A stretch of 64,000 nucleotides of DNA, from contig CAWAHW010000002.1 in NCBI GenBank assembly GCA_963781885.1, positions 480,001 through 544,000 of the forward strand. The letters run 5' to 3'. Below are positions 1-10,346 of this stretch, in pieces (position 1 is the stretch's first letter; each line of letters opens with the position of its first letter). Under the pieces are notes generated by a model, which searched no databases, had not been told where the DNA came from, and was given only the letters and a program-made list of their open reading frames with translations. This DNA is from an uncultured Spirochaetota bacterium. GTDB taxonomy: Bacteria > Spirochaetota > Spirochaetia > SZUA-6 > Fen-1364. Position numbers and translations under genes: made by a program.

Positions 1-67
1 CACGGGAAGGAGGCGCCTTCCGAAACTCGCAAAGCATTCGATATGCTTCGAACACGGAGGTCCTCCG

Positions 68-1915
68 GTGCCGACGTTCGAGTCTTTCCCCCTGGCTGAT
101 ATCGAGCTGCGCGATGCCGAGCTGTTGCAGAAGCGTGAGTCCGATCGCATCTATCTGCTCAAGCTCTCGAGCGACAACCTTCTCAGGCCCTATAGGTTCG
201 AGGCTGGACTCTGGTCAGAGGCGGGGAAGCCCGAGGGAATCCACTGGGGCTGGGAATCGCCTACAAGCCAGTTGCGCGGCCACTTTTTGGGTCACTGGCT
301 TTCTGCGGCTTCAATATACGCTGCCGCGACGGGCAATCGCGAGATGCGGGGAAAAGCGGAAGCCATTGTCGACGGCCTCGCGCTCTGCCAGGAGGCGAAT
401 GGCGGCGAGTGGCTCGGCTCCATTCCCGAGAAGTATCTCAAGCTCATCGCCGCCGGTCGCCTGGTTTGGGCGCCGCACTACACTGTCCATAAGACCTTCA
501 TGGGCCTCATGGATGCCTACCGCTACCTGGGATATTCCAAGGCTCTCGATCTCGCGGAGAATTGGGCGAGATGGTTCCATCGGTGGACTTCGTCCTTCTC
601 GAAAGAGACGATGGATTCGATCATGGACATCGAGACCGGAGGCATGCTCGAGATCTGGGCGGAGCTTTTCGGCGTTGCGGGCAAGGCCGAATACCGCGAG
701 CTCATGGACCGTTACACGCGCCGCAGCCTCTTCCATGCCCTCCTCGGGGGATCTGACCCGCTTTCCAACATGCACGCAAACACGACCATTCCTGAAATCC
801 TCGGCGCGGCACGCGCCTACGAGGTCACGGGTGAGGAGTCCTGGCTCGACATCGTAAAGGCATACTGGGAGCTGGCGGCAGAGAGACTGCCGCGCCACAT
901 CACGGGCGGAAGCACTGCTGGCGAGATATGGGTGCCCAAGGGACGGCTTCCCCATCGCCTCGGCGACAAGAATCAGGAGCTTTGCACCGTCTACAACATG
1001 ATGCGCCTCGCGGAGTTTCTTCTCAGGCACACGGGCGAGGCGCGTTATGCCGACTACTGGGAGCGAAACCTGCGCAATGGGGTCCTCGCGCAGGGTTTCT
1101 GGCAGGGCAGGCTCACGCACGGAGCGGCGGTCGATCATCCCCTTTCCGGGCTCGTGTCATACTTCCTTCCCTTGCGCCCCGGCTCGGTGAAGCTCTGGGC
1201 TTCCGAAACCGATCACTTCTTCTGCTGCCACGGATCCAACGTGCAGGCGAACGCGGCGCATACGGGGGGCATCTACTACAAGACAGGCCCGGGGCTCGCC
1301 ATCTGTCAGCTGATCGAGTCACGCCTTTCGTGGGATCGCGAAGGCGAAAGAGCCACTGTCGAGATCCGGCGCGTCGACCTCACGGGCGGCATGACACGGA
1401 TAGACGGCGTCGCTGTCGGCAATCCCGCCCCTCCCGACCGCCATGCCTTCGATGTCTTGGTATCCTGCCCACGCGCGACCGTGTTCGAGCTGTCGATCAG
1501 GCTGCCGTGGTGGCTCGCGGGCAAGGCGAAGCTGATGGTGAACGGCGAGGAGCTCCGGATCGAGACGAATCCCGCGTCCTTCCTCAAGATGCAGCGTACG
1601 TGGAAGGATGATCGAATCAGGATTGAGCTTCCCAAGCGCCTCGCTTCCGAGCGCCTGGCCGGCTCAGGCGATCTGTACGCATTCATGGACGGCCCTGATG
1701 TCCTCGCCGGCCTCTGCTCCGCGGAACGCACGCTCTACTGCGACGACCCCACGGCGCCGGAGAGGAACCTGGTCTCCGACGATGAGAGGGAATGGAGCAG
1801 ATGGACGCAGGGCTTCAAGACTCGCGGCCAGGATCCAGGCATCCGCTTCATCCCCCTTCGCGAGATCGGATACGAGAGCTATTCGGTTTATTTCCCCGTT
1901 GCGCCGCGTCGGTGA
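68..1915 (+). CDS. Glycoside hydrolase family 127/146 (beta-L-arabinofuranosidase-like)
   Basis: 615 aa; motifs GWESP..QLRGHFLGHWLSA, APHYT.HK, HANTTIP, ELCTVYNM, FFCCHGS typical of GH127; GGAGG RBS before GTG. Confidence 0.88.
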   Translation: MPTFESFPLADIELRDAELLQKRESDRIYLLKLSSDNLLRPYRFEAGLWSEAGKPEGIHWGWESPTSQLRGHFLGHWLSAASIYAAATGNREMRGKAEAIVDGLALCQEANGGEWLGSIPEKYLKLIAAGRLVWAPHYTVHKTFMGLMDAYRYLGYSKALDLAENWARWFHRWTSSFSKETMDSIMDIETGGMLEIWAELFGVAGKAEYRELMDRYTRRSLFHALLGGSDPLSNMHANTTIPEILGAARAYEVTGEESWLDIVKAYWELAAERLPRHITGGSTAGEIWVPKGRLPHRLGDKNQELCTVYNMMRLAEFLLRHTGEARYADYWERNLRNGVLAQGFWQGRLTHGAAVDHPLSGLVSYFLPLRPGSVKLWASETDHFFCCHGSNVQANAAHTGGIYYKTGPGLAICQLIESRLSWDREGERATVEIRRVDLTGGMTRIDGVAVGNPAPPDRHAFDVLVSCPRATVFELSIRLPWWLAGKAKLMVNGEELRIETNPASFLKMQRTWKDDRIRIELPKRLASERLAGSGDLYAFMDGPDVLAGLCSAERTLYCDDPTAPERNLVSDDEREWSRWTQGFKTRGQDPGIRFIPLREIGYESYSVYFPVAPRR

Positions 1916-1933
1916 AGCAGCGGGATGGCGCCC

Positions 1934-3355
1934 TCACTGTCCCGCGACGGGGGTGGCTGGCTGGGAAGCGGGGCCTCCTTGATACCTCCTGCGATACACG
2001 CCGACCATGATGGCGTTGAGCAGCAAGCTGCATGCCAGCATGAATACAAAAATCGCGCCCAGGACGACTTGTCCAGCGGCGGGATTCACGTTTGCCATGC
2101 TGAGGATATTACGCAGGGCTTCGACGAAGAATGCCCCCACGATAATGCCAAATACATTTCCGTACCTCATCCCAGGATACATCCCGGCAAACACCACTGC
2201 CAGAAGCACGTCGTAGAGGTAATTCGTTCCAATGGTTGGCACTCCAGCGCGGATATAAAAAACCAGCCAGATGCCGACAAATCCCGCTGCCAGGCTTGAG
2301 ATCAGAAAAGGGACGCCGATTTCGCACGCTCGTCCAAAGGCCGACTGTTTCTGAGCACTCTTGCCCTTCGCTCGGGGGCCAAATGCAGGGTACTGGATCC
2401 ACAGGATGAGGAGTACTGCGAAAATCACCAGCAGCACCCATCCAAAATATCTTGTGCCTGCTCCGCTCCAATCGCTATTAAAGACTTGGGTGGTGCCATT
2501 GGAGATCGCAATGGATGCCCCAAGTGCCATGAAGCCTGTTGCAAGTGAAATCAAAAAACCGGGCAGCCCCGCACCGCCTACCATAAGGCCGTTGACCAGG
2601 CCTATGACGAGCGCGACGCCCAAAGCGAGAACGATGGGTGCCGCGGGGCTGCCAGCATTTTGCATTGTAGCAGCCATGAGTACTCCGGAAAGACTGATCA
2701 CGCCTCCGATGGAAAGGTCAACTCCTCCGTTGCTGAATATCAGCGCCATGGGAAATGCCATGAGGCAAATGGGCAGGAATTGCGTCAAGACGTTGTGCAT
2801 GTTTCGTGCGCTGAAAAACAGTGGGCTGACAGCGAGGCCACAAATCAGCAGGACCACGAGGACAAACGCTGCGAACATCAGGCTTATCCAGGAGCTCATG
2901 GCCCGCCATTTGGGGTTTTCCAGGAATCCAGGAACTCGTGAGTTCTCGATCGATAACGACAGCCGCGCGTGCCGGAAAAGCGCGTTGGGACTGATCCATG
3001 TCGACGTGGCGACAGAATGAAAGGAGGTTTCCGCTGGCTCTGCATCCGAAGCGTGAACCGTTTGTGCAGCCGCGTCTGGCACAGAGGGAGAATGCTTCTC
3101 CGCCTTCACTTGGTCGAGCACCCTTTTTGCTCCAAAGATCGCGAGCAACCCAAGGGGGACAAAGAAAACTGCCCCGATGATGACAAGAATGGCACCCGCC
3201 CTTTTTGGACCGGTGGCGATCATAATCATCCCTGCCAGGGAGATGCCGACAGCGATCAGCGCGATGACGAGAATCCCGATGTAATCCTTTGCCAGGCTGT
3301 ACGCGATTCCCACCAACGCGTTGAGAATGACTCCAACGATCATGAGAGCATTCAT
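1934..3355 (-). CDS. Membrane protein: N-terminal 3-TM domain fused to RbsC-type (BPD_transp_2) sugar ABC permease
   Basis: C-terminal ~310 aa carry SPLFFSARNMHNVL, GGVDLSIGG, GLVNGLMV..GLPGFLISLA; AAGGAG RBS; lower GC than flanks. Confidence 0.7.
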   Translation of the reverse strand: MNALMIVGVILNALVGIAYSLAKDYIGILVIALIAVGISLAGMIMIATGPKRAGAILVIIGAVFFVPLGLLAIFGAKRVLDQVKAEKHSPSVPDAAAQTVHASDAEPAETSFHSVATSTWISPNALFRHARLSLSIENSRVPGFLENPKWRAMSSWISLMFAAFVLVVLLICGLAVSPLFFSARNMHNVLTQFLPICLMAFPMALIFSNGGVDLSIGGVISLSGVLMAATMQNAGSPAAPIVLALGVALVIGLVNGLMVGGAGLPGFLISLATGFMALGASIAISNGTTQVFNSDWSGAGTRYFGWVLLVIFAVLLILWIQYPAFGPRAKGKSAQKQSAFGRACEIGVPFLISSLAAGFVGIWLVFYIRAGVPTIGTNYLYDVLLAVVFAGMYPGMRYGNVFGIIVGAFFVEALRNILSMANVNPAAGQVVLGAIFVFMLACSLLLNAIMVGVYRRRYQGGPASQPATPVAGQ

Positions 3356-3968
3356 GTTTCAATCTCCTTTTCAGTTTGCAGGCAACAATGCAGGCCGGTA
3401 CCTTTTTCTCTCCCTCATGATGCGATTTGCGATCTTGCGCTTGACGTTGAATTTCAGTGGCATCGCCCGCGCACTGTTTGTCTGTCCTGCATCTTAGTCA
3501 CTTCAATCCGGGAGTCAAGAGATATTTCAACGGAGTATCGTGCCCATATTAGGCGCTCCGGGGCATGGACACTGTCGACTCAACAAGTGATGGCGCACCT
3601 CGCCCGTGACCGCATGACATTTTTTGCTTCGTCAGCCCCGCGACGATCTCGATCGGCGCATCGAGGTGATCGGAAGCTGCTGGTGGCGGTCGGCAACTGA
3701 TGATAGTCAATGCGCCCCGTCATCGCTCACGCCCCCGCTTTCCGATTTCTTATTCTTGACCGCGGGTGTATGCTCTCCTGTCCGCCTTCGTCGACGCGGG
3801 CTGTTTGTTCCCGGAGAGCTTCTCCTTGCCATTGTTCCGTTGCGCTTCTTACTAGGGAGCGGGGACTAAACGCGCTTATCACTTACCACCAAGTGGGGCG
3901 GAGTCGAGGATCCGGAGGAATTGGTGAAAAAGAGTGCCGCGCGCATCAACATCTTTTGGGGGTAGAAT

Positions 3969-4817
3969 ATGGTTTGCGCTCGTCGATCGATCGTCTCCAT
4001 TGGATTCTTGTTTCTGGCCGCGGCGAGCATTGTCGCCCAAGACAAGCCTGCCGCGCCTCCCTATCCCTCCGCCGATACCTATGAAGCCTACGTTCAGTAC
4101 GTGCACGGCGTGTTGGGAACCCGGTCGACAACGGCGTTGTTTGACTGGGAACCTTTCGAGTGCCTCATGCAGGCAAAACGCTACGAGGGTGTATATCAGC
4201 TCGCGAAGGCGCTCCACGATACGGCGCCGGAAACCAAGTACTGCCTGGGTGGCTGGCGGTTTATCAACCCGATAAACCTTGCCTATGAAGCCGGTCAATT
4301 CGACCTGGTCAAGAGACTGCTCGCCCTGGATCGGGAGTTGGTCCGCATGTCTGACTGCGATGCCGAGACTTTCTATCTGGAGCCCGTTGCGACCGCCGTT
4401 GTCCACAACGACACTCTCTGGGTTCAGGCCTTTTTGGACGCGGGAGCAGACATCAATACGGATCGCGTGAAGAGCTCACGCAATGGGACGTACCCCGCCA
4501 ACCTCTTCACGGTATCGCCCAGCAAAGGAATGGACGCCTTCTTGCTTTCCAAGCACGTTGCAACCGTGTACACCCTGGAGAACCCCCAGGACGGTAGCTG
4601 CAATGACGACAACGTCAGGTTGAGATCGGATCCCGGCCTCCAAGGGACGGTTCTTGGCAAATTGATGAAAGGCGACAGTTTCAAAGTCCTCGCCACGACC
4701 TACAAGCGTGACAGTATCGACGGTGTTGAGGCCTGCTGGGTGAAGATATCCTTCAAGAGCCAAGTAGGCTGGATCTTCCAATCATTCGTGGCGTGCGACT
4801 ATTTCGACCTCCCGTAA
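3969..4817 (+). CDS. Secreted protein with ankyrin-like segment and C-terminal SH3b domain
   Basis: Signal peptide; FLDAGADIN; CNDDNVRLRSDPGLQGTVLGKL..WVKI...GWIF SH3_3 pattern. Confidence 0.7.
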   Translation: MVCARRSIVSIGFLFLAAASIVAQDKPAAPPYPSADTYEAYVQYVHGVLGTRSTTALFDWEPFECLMQAKRYEGVYQLAKALHDTAPETKYCLGGWRFINPINLAYEAGQFDLVKRLLALDRELVRMSDCDAETFYLEPVATAVVHNDTLWVQAFLDAGADINTDRVKSSRNGTYPANLFTVSPSKGMDAFLLSKHVATVYTLENPQDGSCNDDNVRLRSDPGLQGTVLGKLMKGDSFKVLATTYKRDSIDGVEACWVKISFKSQVGWIFQSFVACDYFDLP

Positions 4818-4896
4818 AGAAATACGACCAGCTGCGGAAATAACCCGGCCCGATCGCGGTGGTCTGCGCGCACCGGGTCACCGTGCCAGATTTTTC

Positions 4897-4951
4897 TTGA
4901 CAACTGCCAATGTTGAGCCTAAAATCGTTCAATCGATTCAATGAATCGATT
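4897..4951 (+). promoter_or_regulatory. Consensus sigma70 promoter with tandem LacI-type operators
   Basis: TTGACA (4897-4902), 17 nt, TAAAAT (4920-4925), followed by AATCGATTCA-A-TGAATCGATT inverted repeat (4931-4951) directly before the LacI gene. Confidence 0.8.
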
Positions 4952-4957
4952 AAATAG

Positions 4958-6046
4958 GTGAGCAAAGTGGGAAAGTCGGAGCGCAAGGCCGTCACGGTCA
5001 AGGACGTTGCTGAGCAGGCGGGAGTATCAACGACTCTTGTCTCCTACATCATCAATGCACGGCCGATCTCCATCCCACAGGAGACAAGAGAAAGAGTCCT
5101 CAACGCAATCAGCGAGCTGGACTACGTTCCGAGCGCAACCGCTCGCGGGCTTCGAAACAAGAAAACGCACGTCATTGCCCAGCTCCTCCTGCACTACGAG
5201 CCCCAGGACATGTTCGCCGATCCCTGCCTGGCAGGGAAGACCTCCGGGCTCATCGATTACCTCGCGCTTCGGGGCTACTACCACCTCACGTATCCCGTGC
5301 CAGACGGCGAGCGGCACGCGGAGGATCTCGTCGCATTTGTGAAAAGTCACCGCGTGGACGGCATCGTCGTTGAAAATCCGTTGATCGACGATCCCATCAT
5401 CGAGCGAATCGCCGAGGTGCGCGTGCCTCTCGTCGTCTACAACCACGCGGCCTTGCCGTTCGCGCGGTGCGCGGTCGTAAACGTGGACGACGAGGCGGGC
5501 ATCCGGCTCTCGACGACGCACGTCATCGACCTGGGGCATACGCGGATCGGGCATCTCAAGGGAAACCCGAAGTCGCTGGCCGATCGGGATCGCATCGAAA
5601 CCTTCACGACGGTGCTTCAGGAGCGCGGGCTCACGGTGCATCCGGAATGGATCCGCGGTGACGGCTCCTGCTCCACCGAGGACGGCTTTCGCTCAATGGG
5701 AGAAATCCTCGATCTTCCCGAGCGGCCCACGGCAATGACTGCGACGAGCGATCTTCTGGCAATGGGCGCCCTGCGGCAGATACGCTCACGGGGGCTGCGG
5801 GTTCCCGAAGACGTTGCTCTCATCGGGTTCGACGACATCCCCGCCTCATCGATGCTCACCCCGCCTCTCTCCACAATCGCGCTCTCCTACCGGCGGTTGG
5901 GTGAGCTTGCCGGCGAGCAGATGATCAGGCTGATCGAGGATCCCTCCCGGCTGCTCCCCGCTGTGAGCGTTCCCGTCCGTCTCGTGCCGAGGGCCTCCAC
6001 GGTGCGCGGGGGCGTGGAATCGGCCGGACCAGAAAGGAAAGAATGA
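4958..6046 (+). CDS. LacI family transcriptional regulator
   Basis: VTVKDVAEQAGVSTTLVSYIIN HTH, YVPSATARGL hinge, RVPEDVALIGFDD. Confidence 0.95.
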   Translation: MSKVGKSERKAVTVKDVAEQAGVSTTLVSYIINARPISIPQETRERVLNAISELDYVPSATARGLRNKKTHVIAQLLLHYEPQDMFADPCLAGKTSGLIDYLALRGYYHLTYPVPDGERHAEDLVAFVKSHRVDGIVVENPLIDDPIIERIAEVRVPLVVYNHAALPFARCAVVNVDDEAGIRLSTTHVIDLGHTRIGHLKGNPKSLADRDRIETFTTVLQERGLTVHPEWIRGDGSCSTEDGFRSMGEILDLPERPTAMTATSDLLAMGALRQIRSRGLRVPEDVALIGFDDIPASSMLTPPLSTIALSYRRLGELAGEQMIRLIEDPSRLLPAVSVPVRLVPRASTVRGGVESAGPERKE

Positions 6047-7464
6047 AACGAACCAGGATCGTCGTCATCGGAGCGGGGAGCGCTTCCTTCGGGCTGGCCA
6101 ATCTGGGAGCCATCCTTCGCACACCGGAGCTCTCCGGAAGCGAGCTGTGCCTTGTCGACGTGAACGAGGCAGGTCTCGCCTTGATCACGCTCCTTGCGCA
6201 GCGCATCAACCGCGAGTGGGGTGTCGGGTTCTCCCTGCGGAGCTCCACCGACAGGACCGCGGTGCTGAAGGACGCCGACTTCGTCGTGCTGTCCGTCGCG
6301 ATCGATCGCGAGACGTGCTGGGAGATGGACTACGAGATCGCGCGGAAGCACGCCATCATGCACTATGCGGAGAACGGGGGTCCCGGCGGGCTCATGCACG
6401 CGGCGCGCAACATCGCGCTGATCATGCCCATCCTGCGGGACATCGAGAGACTCTGCCCGGATGCTTTGGTCTTGAACTTCACCAACCCCGTGCCGCGCAT
6501 CTGCTCTGCAGCCGCTCGATTCACGCGGGTCAGGATGGTGGGGATCTGCCACCAGATCTTCTTCGGCTACTTCATCGTGGCCAGGGTTCTTGCGCGGGAG
6601 CTGGGCATCGACGTTCCTGACGACGTGAAATTCCGCTGGTGGGACGAGCGCAACGATCCTTACTACCAGCTTCTCCAAAAGGAAGGAGAGGAGAAGCTCG
6701 ACCTGCTGGCGGCGGGAATCAACCATTTCACGTGGATGCTCGCCATCCGTGAGAAGGGCACGGGCCGCGACCTGTATCCACTGTTCCACGAACGCTACCT
6801 GTCGGGGAACGCGGACTTCGAGCCCCTGACGCGCGAGATGTTCCGCGTCTTCGGCACCTGCCCGGTGCCCGGGGACTGTCACATGGTGGAGTACCTGCCG
6901 TACACCCATACGGCGAGCCGGGGCACGTGGGAGGCGTACGACATCCAGATGTATCCCCTGCGCACCGCGGAAAAGGCGCGCGAATCGATGTGGCGCGACA
7001 TCGAGGCGATGGCGAAAGGGGAGAGCCCGATCGATCACCTCAGGAGCGCGCAGACGGAGCGCGCCGAGATCCTCATCGCATCGACGCTCAAGAACGCGCA
7101 CTCCTACGAGCTGGCAGTGAACGTTCCGAACAAGGGATACATCCAGAACCTCCCGCAGGGCGCCATTGTCGAGGTGCCGGCGGAAGTCGACGCCAGCGGC
7201 GTCCACGGCATCGGCGTCGGTGACCTGCCCGCGCCCGCCGCGGAGATGTGCCGGCGTCAAATCGCGGTTGCCGAGATGGCGGTGGAAGCCGCGGTTCGCG
7301 GAGACCGCGAGCTTGCCCTCCGGGCCCTCGCCCTGGACCCCATGATCGATGACCTGCGCGTGGCCAGAAAGCTGCTGGACGACTACCTTGCCGCGGAGAA
7401 AGCGTATCTTCCACAGTTCTTCGGCGGCGCCTCCTGGATGTCGCAGAGCGCAGCCGCGCCATAA
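6043..7464 (+). CDS. Glycoside hydrolase family 4 (alpha-galactosidase/glucosidase, MelA-like)
   Basis: IVVIGAGS Rossmann motif, ENGGPGG, NFTNP, GICH, GINHFTW. Confidence 0.92.
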   Translation: MKRTRIVVIGAGSASFGLANLGAILRTPELSGSELCLVDVNEAGLALITLLAQRINREWGVGFSLRSSTDRTAVLKDADFVVLSVAIDRETCWEMDYEIARKHAIMHYAENGGPGGLMHAARNIALIMPILRDIERLCPDALVLNFTNPVPRICSAAARFTRVRMVGICHQIFFGYFIVARVLARELGIDVPDDVKFRWWDERNDPYYQLLQKEGEEKLDLLAAGINHFTWMLAIREKGTGRDLYPLFHERYLSGNADFEPLTREMFRVFGTCPVPGDCHMVEYLPYTHTASRGTWEAYDIQMYPLRTAEKARESMWRDIEAMAKGESPIDHLRSAQTERAEILIASTLKNAHSYELAVNVPNKGYIQNLPQGAIVEVPAEVDASGVHGIGVGDLPAPAAEMCRRQIAVAEMAVEAAVRGDRELALRALALDPMIDDLRVARKLLDDYLAAEKAYLPQFFGGASWMSQSAAAP

Positions 7465-7479
7465 AGACACCCGGGGACC

Positions 7480-7501
7480 GCTCCCGCATACGGGAGCTTT
7501 T
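7480..7501 (+). terminator. Putative weak intrinsic terminator/hairpin after GH4
   Basis: GCTCCCG-cata-CGGGAGC followed by TTTT. Confidence 0.45.
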
Positions 7502-7593
7502 CGTCGAACACGAGCAAGCGGCTTGAAGCCCCCGCAGCCGTCCCGTATGGGCTCGGAGGGGGATCAGGCATCAAGATTCGAAGGAGGGCAAGT

Positions 7594-8571
7594 ATGAAAC
7601 GTCTCTTGTGCTCGATGGCGGCGGTGGCGCTCGTCGTGATCCTCGCGCCCACCCTGTTCGCGGCCGGGCAGGCTCGTGCTGTACACGGGAAACGGCACCG
7701 AGATCACGGACCCGCTCCTTGCGGGCTTCAAGAGCCACTATCCCGACATCCAGGTCGAGATCGTCAAGGCAGGCTCGGGCGAGCTCCTTGCCCGCATCAA
7801 GGCGGAGAAGGGCAATCCCGGCGGCGACATCCTGTGGGGCGGGGAACCCCTGATCTTCGACACGAACGCGGATCTCTTCCAGGGCTACCGCTCGTCCGCG
7901 GACGCTGCAATGATCCGGCAGGACCCGAACAATCGCTGGCACCTGTGGTCATTCATGCCCCAGGCAATCCTCATCAACACGAACCTGATGAAGAACCCCG
8001 CCGAGTGGCCGAAATCCATCAAGGAGCTTGCGGACCCCAAGTGGAAGAAGTACGGCAAGATCGCCCTTGCCGACCCCAACAAGTCGGGAACCGGCGCGAC
8101 GCTCGTGAACGGTTTCGCGTCGCTGTACGATTGGGACTTCGTCCAGAACCTCCTTGCCAATTGTGAGATCTCCCCGGGTCCGACGCGATGTTCGCCGCGG
8201 TCAAGGACGGGGCGAACCCCATCGGCTTCATGAACGAGGACCTCGGCGCCAAGTGGGAAAGCATGGGTCTCCCGGTGAAGATGATCTTCCCCGCCGATGG
8301 CATCACCAACACCCTTGATGCCCTTGCCATCATCGCGGGGGCCAAAAACCTGGACAACGCAAAGCTCTTTATCGATTACATCGGGTCCAAGGAGGCGCAC
8401 CAGATCCTGCGGGATCCCATCCTGCGCCGTTCCTGCCGCACCGACATGACCCCGCCGCCCGGCCTGATCGATCTCGGCAAGTACAAGCTCGTGCAGATGC
8501 AGCCTCGCACGCGCGACGATATCTCGGCCAATTTCAACGCCCGGCTCGAAAAGGCCCGAGGCGGGACATAA
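7594..8571 (+). CDS. ABC substrate-binding protein (AfuA/FbpA/PotD class), split by two single-base frameshifts (~7667, ~8177)
   Basis: Signal peptide at 7594 with GGAGG RBS; continues in 7676..8233 (GSGELLARIKAEK.NP, ALADPNKSGTG) and 8188..8571 (NLDNAKLFIDY); probably sequencing error. Confidence 0.8.
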
Positions 8572-8668
8572 TCGGATTCGCACCTCTCCATCGGATGTGA
8601 TGCACCTCGTGCCGGCCGCCCGCCGGCACGGAGGTGCTCCGCCGCGCGGGGAGCTGCCGGAGGATGGA

Positions 8669-10345
8669 ATGTCAGGACAGAGGTTGTTGTCGCGGCTGCG
8701 CGATCCTTGGATATTCTTCTCGCTCCTCTGCATCGTCATCGCGATCGTCCTGATCGTGCTCCCGCTCCTGCGGATCGCCTTCTCCTCCTTCAGCGGCGCG
8801 AGCGGCGCCGGCATCAACAACTACGTTCTTTTCTTCACCAAGAAGCGGTATCTCGTCGCTCTGTTCAACAGTCTGAAGGTCGTGTTCTTCTCCACGGTCT
8901 TCGCCACTCTCTTCGCCCTGCCCCTTGCGTTTTTCCTCTCCCGCTACGACGTGCGCGGCAAGAACGTCATCCTCACGCTCATCACCATGGCCACCGCCGC
9001 GCCTCCCTTCCTCGGCGCCTATGCCTGGGTGCTCCTGCTCGGACGGTACGGGGCCTTGAACAGGCTCATTTTTCTCGTCCTCGGGAAGGACATCGTGCTC
9101 ACGCTGCGGGGACAGAACGGCGTGATCTGGGTGATCACCTGGCTCGTCCTCCCCCTCATCTTCCTGCTCACCTACGATTCGTTCACCGGTCAGGACCCCT
9201 CGCATCGCGAGGCGTCGATGAGCCTCGGCGGGAATCGGCTGGCTACCTTCTTCCGCATCGAGCTTCCCCTTGCCGCGCCGGGGCTCATTACCGGGCTCCT
9301 GATGGCCGCGCTTGCCGGTTTCTCCGACTTCGGAACCCCGTCCATCATCGGTGGGGAGTTCCCCGTGCTTCCGACCCTTGTCTACGGGGAGTTCGTGAGC
9401 GAAATGGGCGGCAACCTGTCGATGGCGTCCACGAGCGGCGTCGTGATGATCGTGCTCTCGACCGTCGCCCTCGTCGGCCAACGGATCACGCTGGCCAGCA
9501 GGTCCTACGCGTCGGTGCAGACCCGTTTCATCCGCCTGCCGCGCCCGCGCGGCGGCGCGCGCATCATCACGACGCTCCTTGCGACCATCGTGCTCGTCCT
9601 GTCCTTCCTGCCTCACGTGACGCTTCTCATCATCTCCTTCATGAAATGGAAGTGGGGCGTCCTGCTGCCCGCCTTCACGTGGGCCAACTACTCGAGCCTT
9701 GTCCGAAACAGCCTCTCTCCCATCTGGATGAGCTTCTTCCTCGGCGGGACCGCGACCGCCCTTGACGTCGTTTTCGGAATCGGCATTGCCTATCTCATCG
9801 CGAAGAAGCACTTCCGGTTCTCCTCGGCCTTCCTGAACTTCATCATCATGATCCCCTATGTCATCCCCGGAATCGTGCTCGGGGTGGGCTTCATCATCCA
9901 GTTCAACCGGCCGCCGATCCTCATCACCGGCACGTGGCTCATCCTCGTCCTTGCCTATTTCATCCGCAAGCTTCCCTTCTCGGTGAAGAGCGCCGAGGCA
10001 TCCCTCTACCAGATCCATCCCGCTCTGGAGGAGGCCGCCATGATGTGCGGGGCGCGGCCGCTGCGCGCTTTCGCCGACATCACCTTCCGTCTCATGATCG
10101 GTGGGGTGATCTCGGGAGCCACCCTCTCCTTTCTCCAGATCATGACGGAGCTCAGCTCGACGATCATCCTCTATCGCGTGCCGTGGATCACGATGCCCAT
10201 CGTCATCTTCCAGAACGCCCTGACCGCGGGCGGCGATTTCGGGATCTCCGCCGCGATGGGCGTGGTTCTCATGATCTGCATCTACGTCCCGTTGACCCTG
10301 GTGAACAGGAAGACCCGCGGGTTCGCCTACGGAGGGGGGTTCTAG
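8669..10345 (+). CDS. ABC transporter permease (FbpB/AfuB double-domain type)
   Basis: Two EAA loops (REASMSLGG, LEEAAMMCGA), DFGTP motif, ~12 TM. Confidence 0.92.
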   Translation: MSGQRLLSRLRDPWIFFSLLCIVIAIVLIVLPLLRIAFSSFSGASGAGINNYVLFFTKKRYLVALFNSLKVVFFSTVFATLFALPLAFFLSRYDVRGKNVILTLITMATAAPPFLGAYAWVLLLGRYGALNRLIFLVLGKDIVLTLRGQNGVIWVITWLVLPLIFLLTYDSFTGQDPSHREASMSLGGNRLATFFRIELPLAAPGLITGLLMAALAGFSDFGTPSIIGGEFPVLPTLVYGEFVSEMGGNLSMASTSGVVMIVLSTVALVGQRITLASRSYASVQTRFIRLPRPRGGARIITTLLATIVLVLSFLPHVTLLIISFMKWKWGVLLPAFTWANYSSLVRNSLSPIWMSFFLGGTATALDVVFGIGIAYLIAKKHFRFSSAFLNFIIMIPYVIPGIVLGVGFIIQFNRPPILITGTWLILVLAYFIRKLPFSVKSAEASLYQIHPALEEAAMMCGARPLRAFADITFRLMIGGVISGATLSFLQIMTELSSTIILYRVPWITMPIVIFQNALTAGGDFGISAAMGVVLMICIYVPLTLVNRKTRGFAYGGGF

Positions 10346-10346
10346 A

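Noticed and set aside
7594-8571. Pseudogene or programmed frameshifting in the SBP
   Set aside because: Single-base indels at short G/C runs; similar isolated indels occur in GH13, E1 alpha and E1 beta, which points to long-read consensus errors
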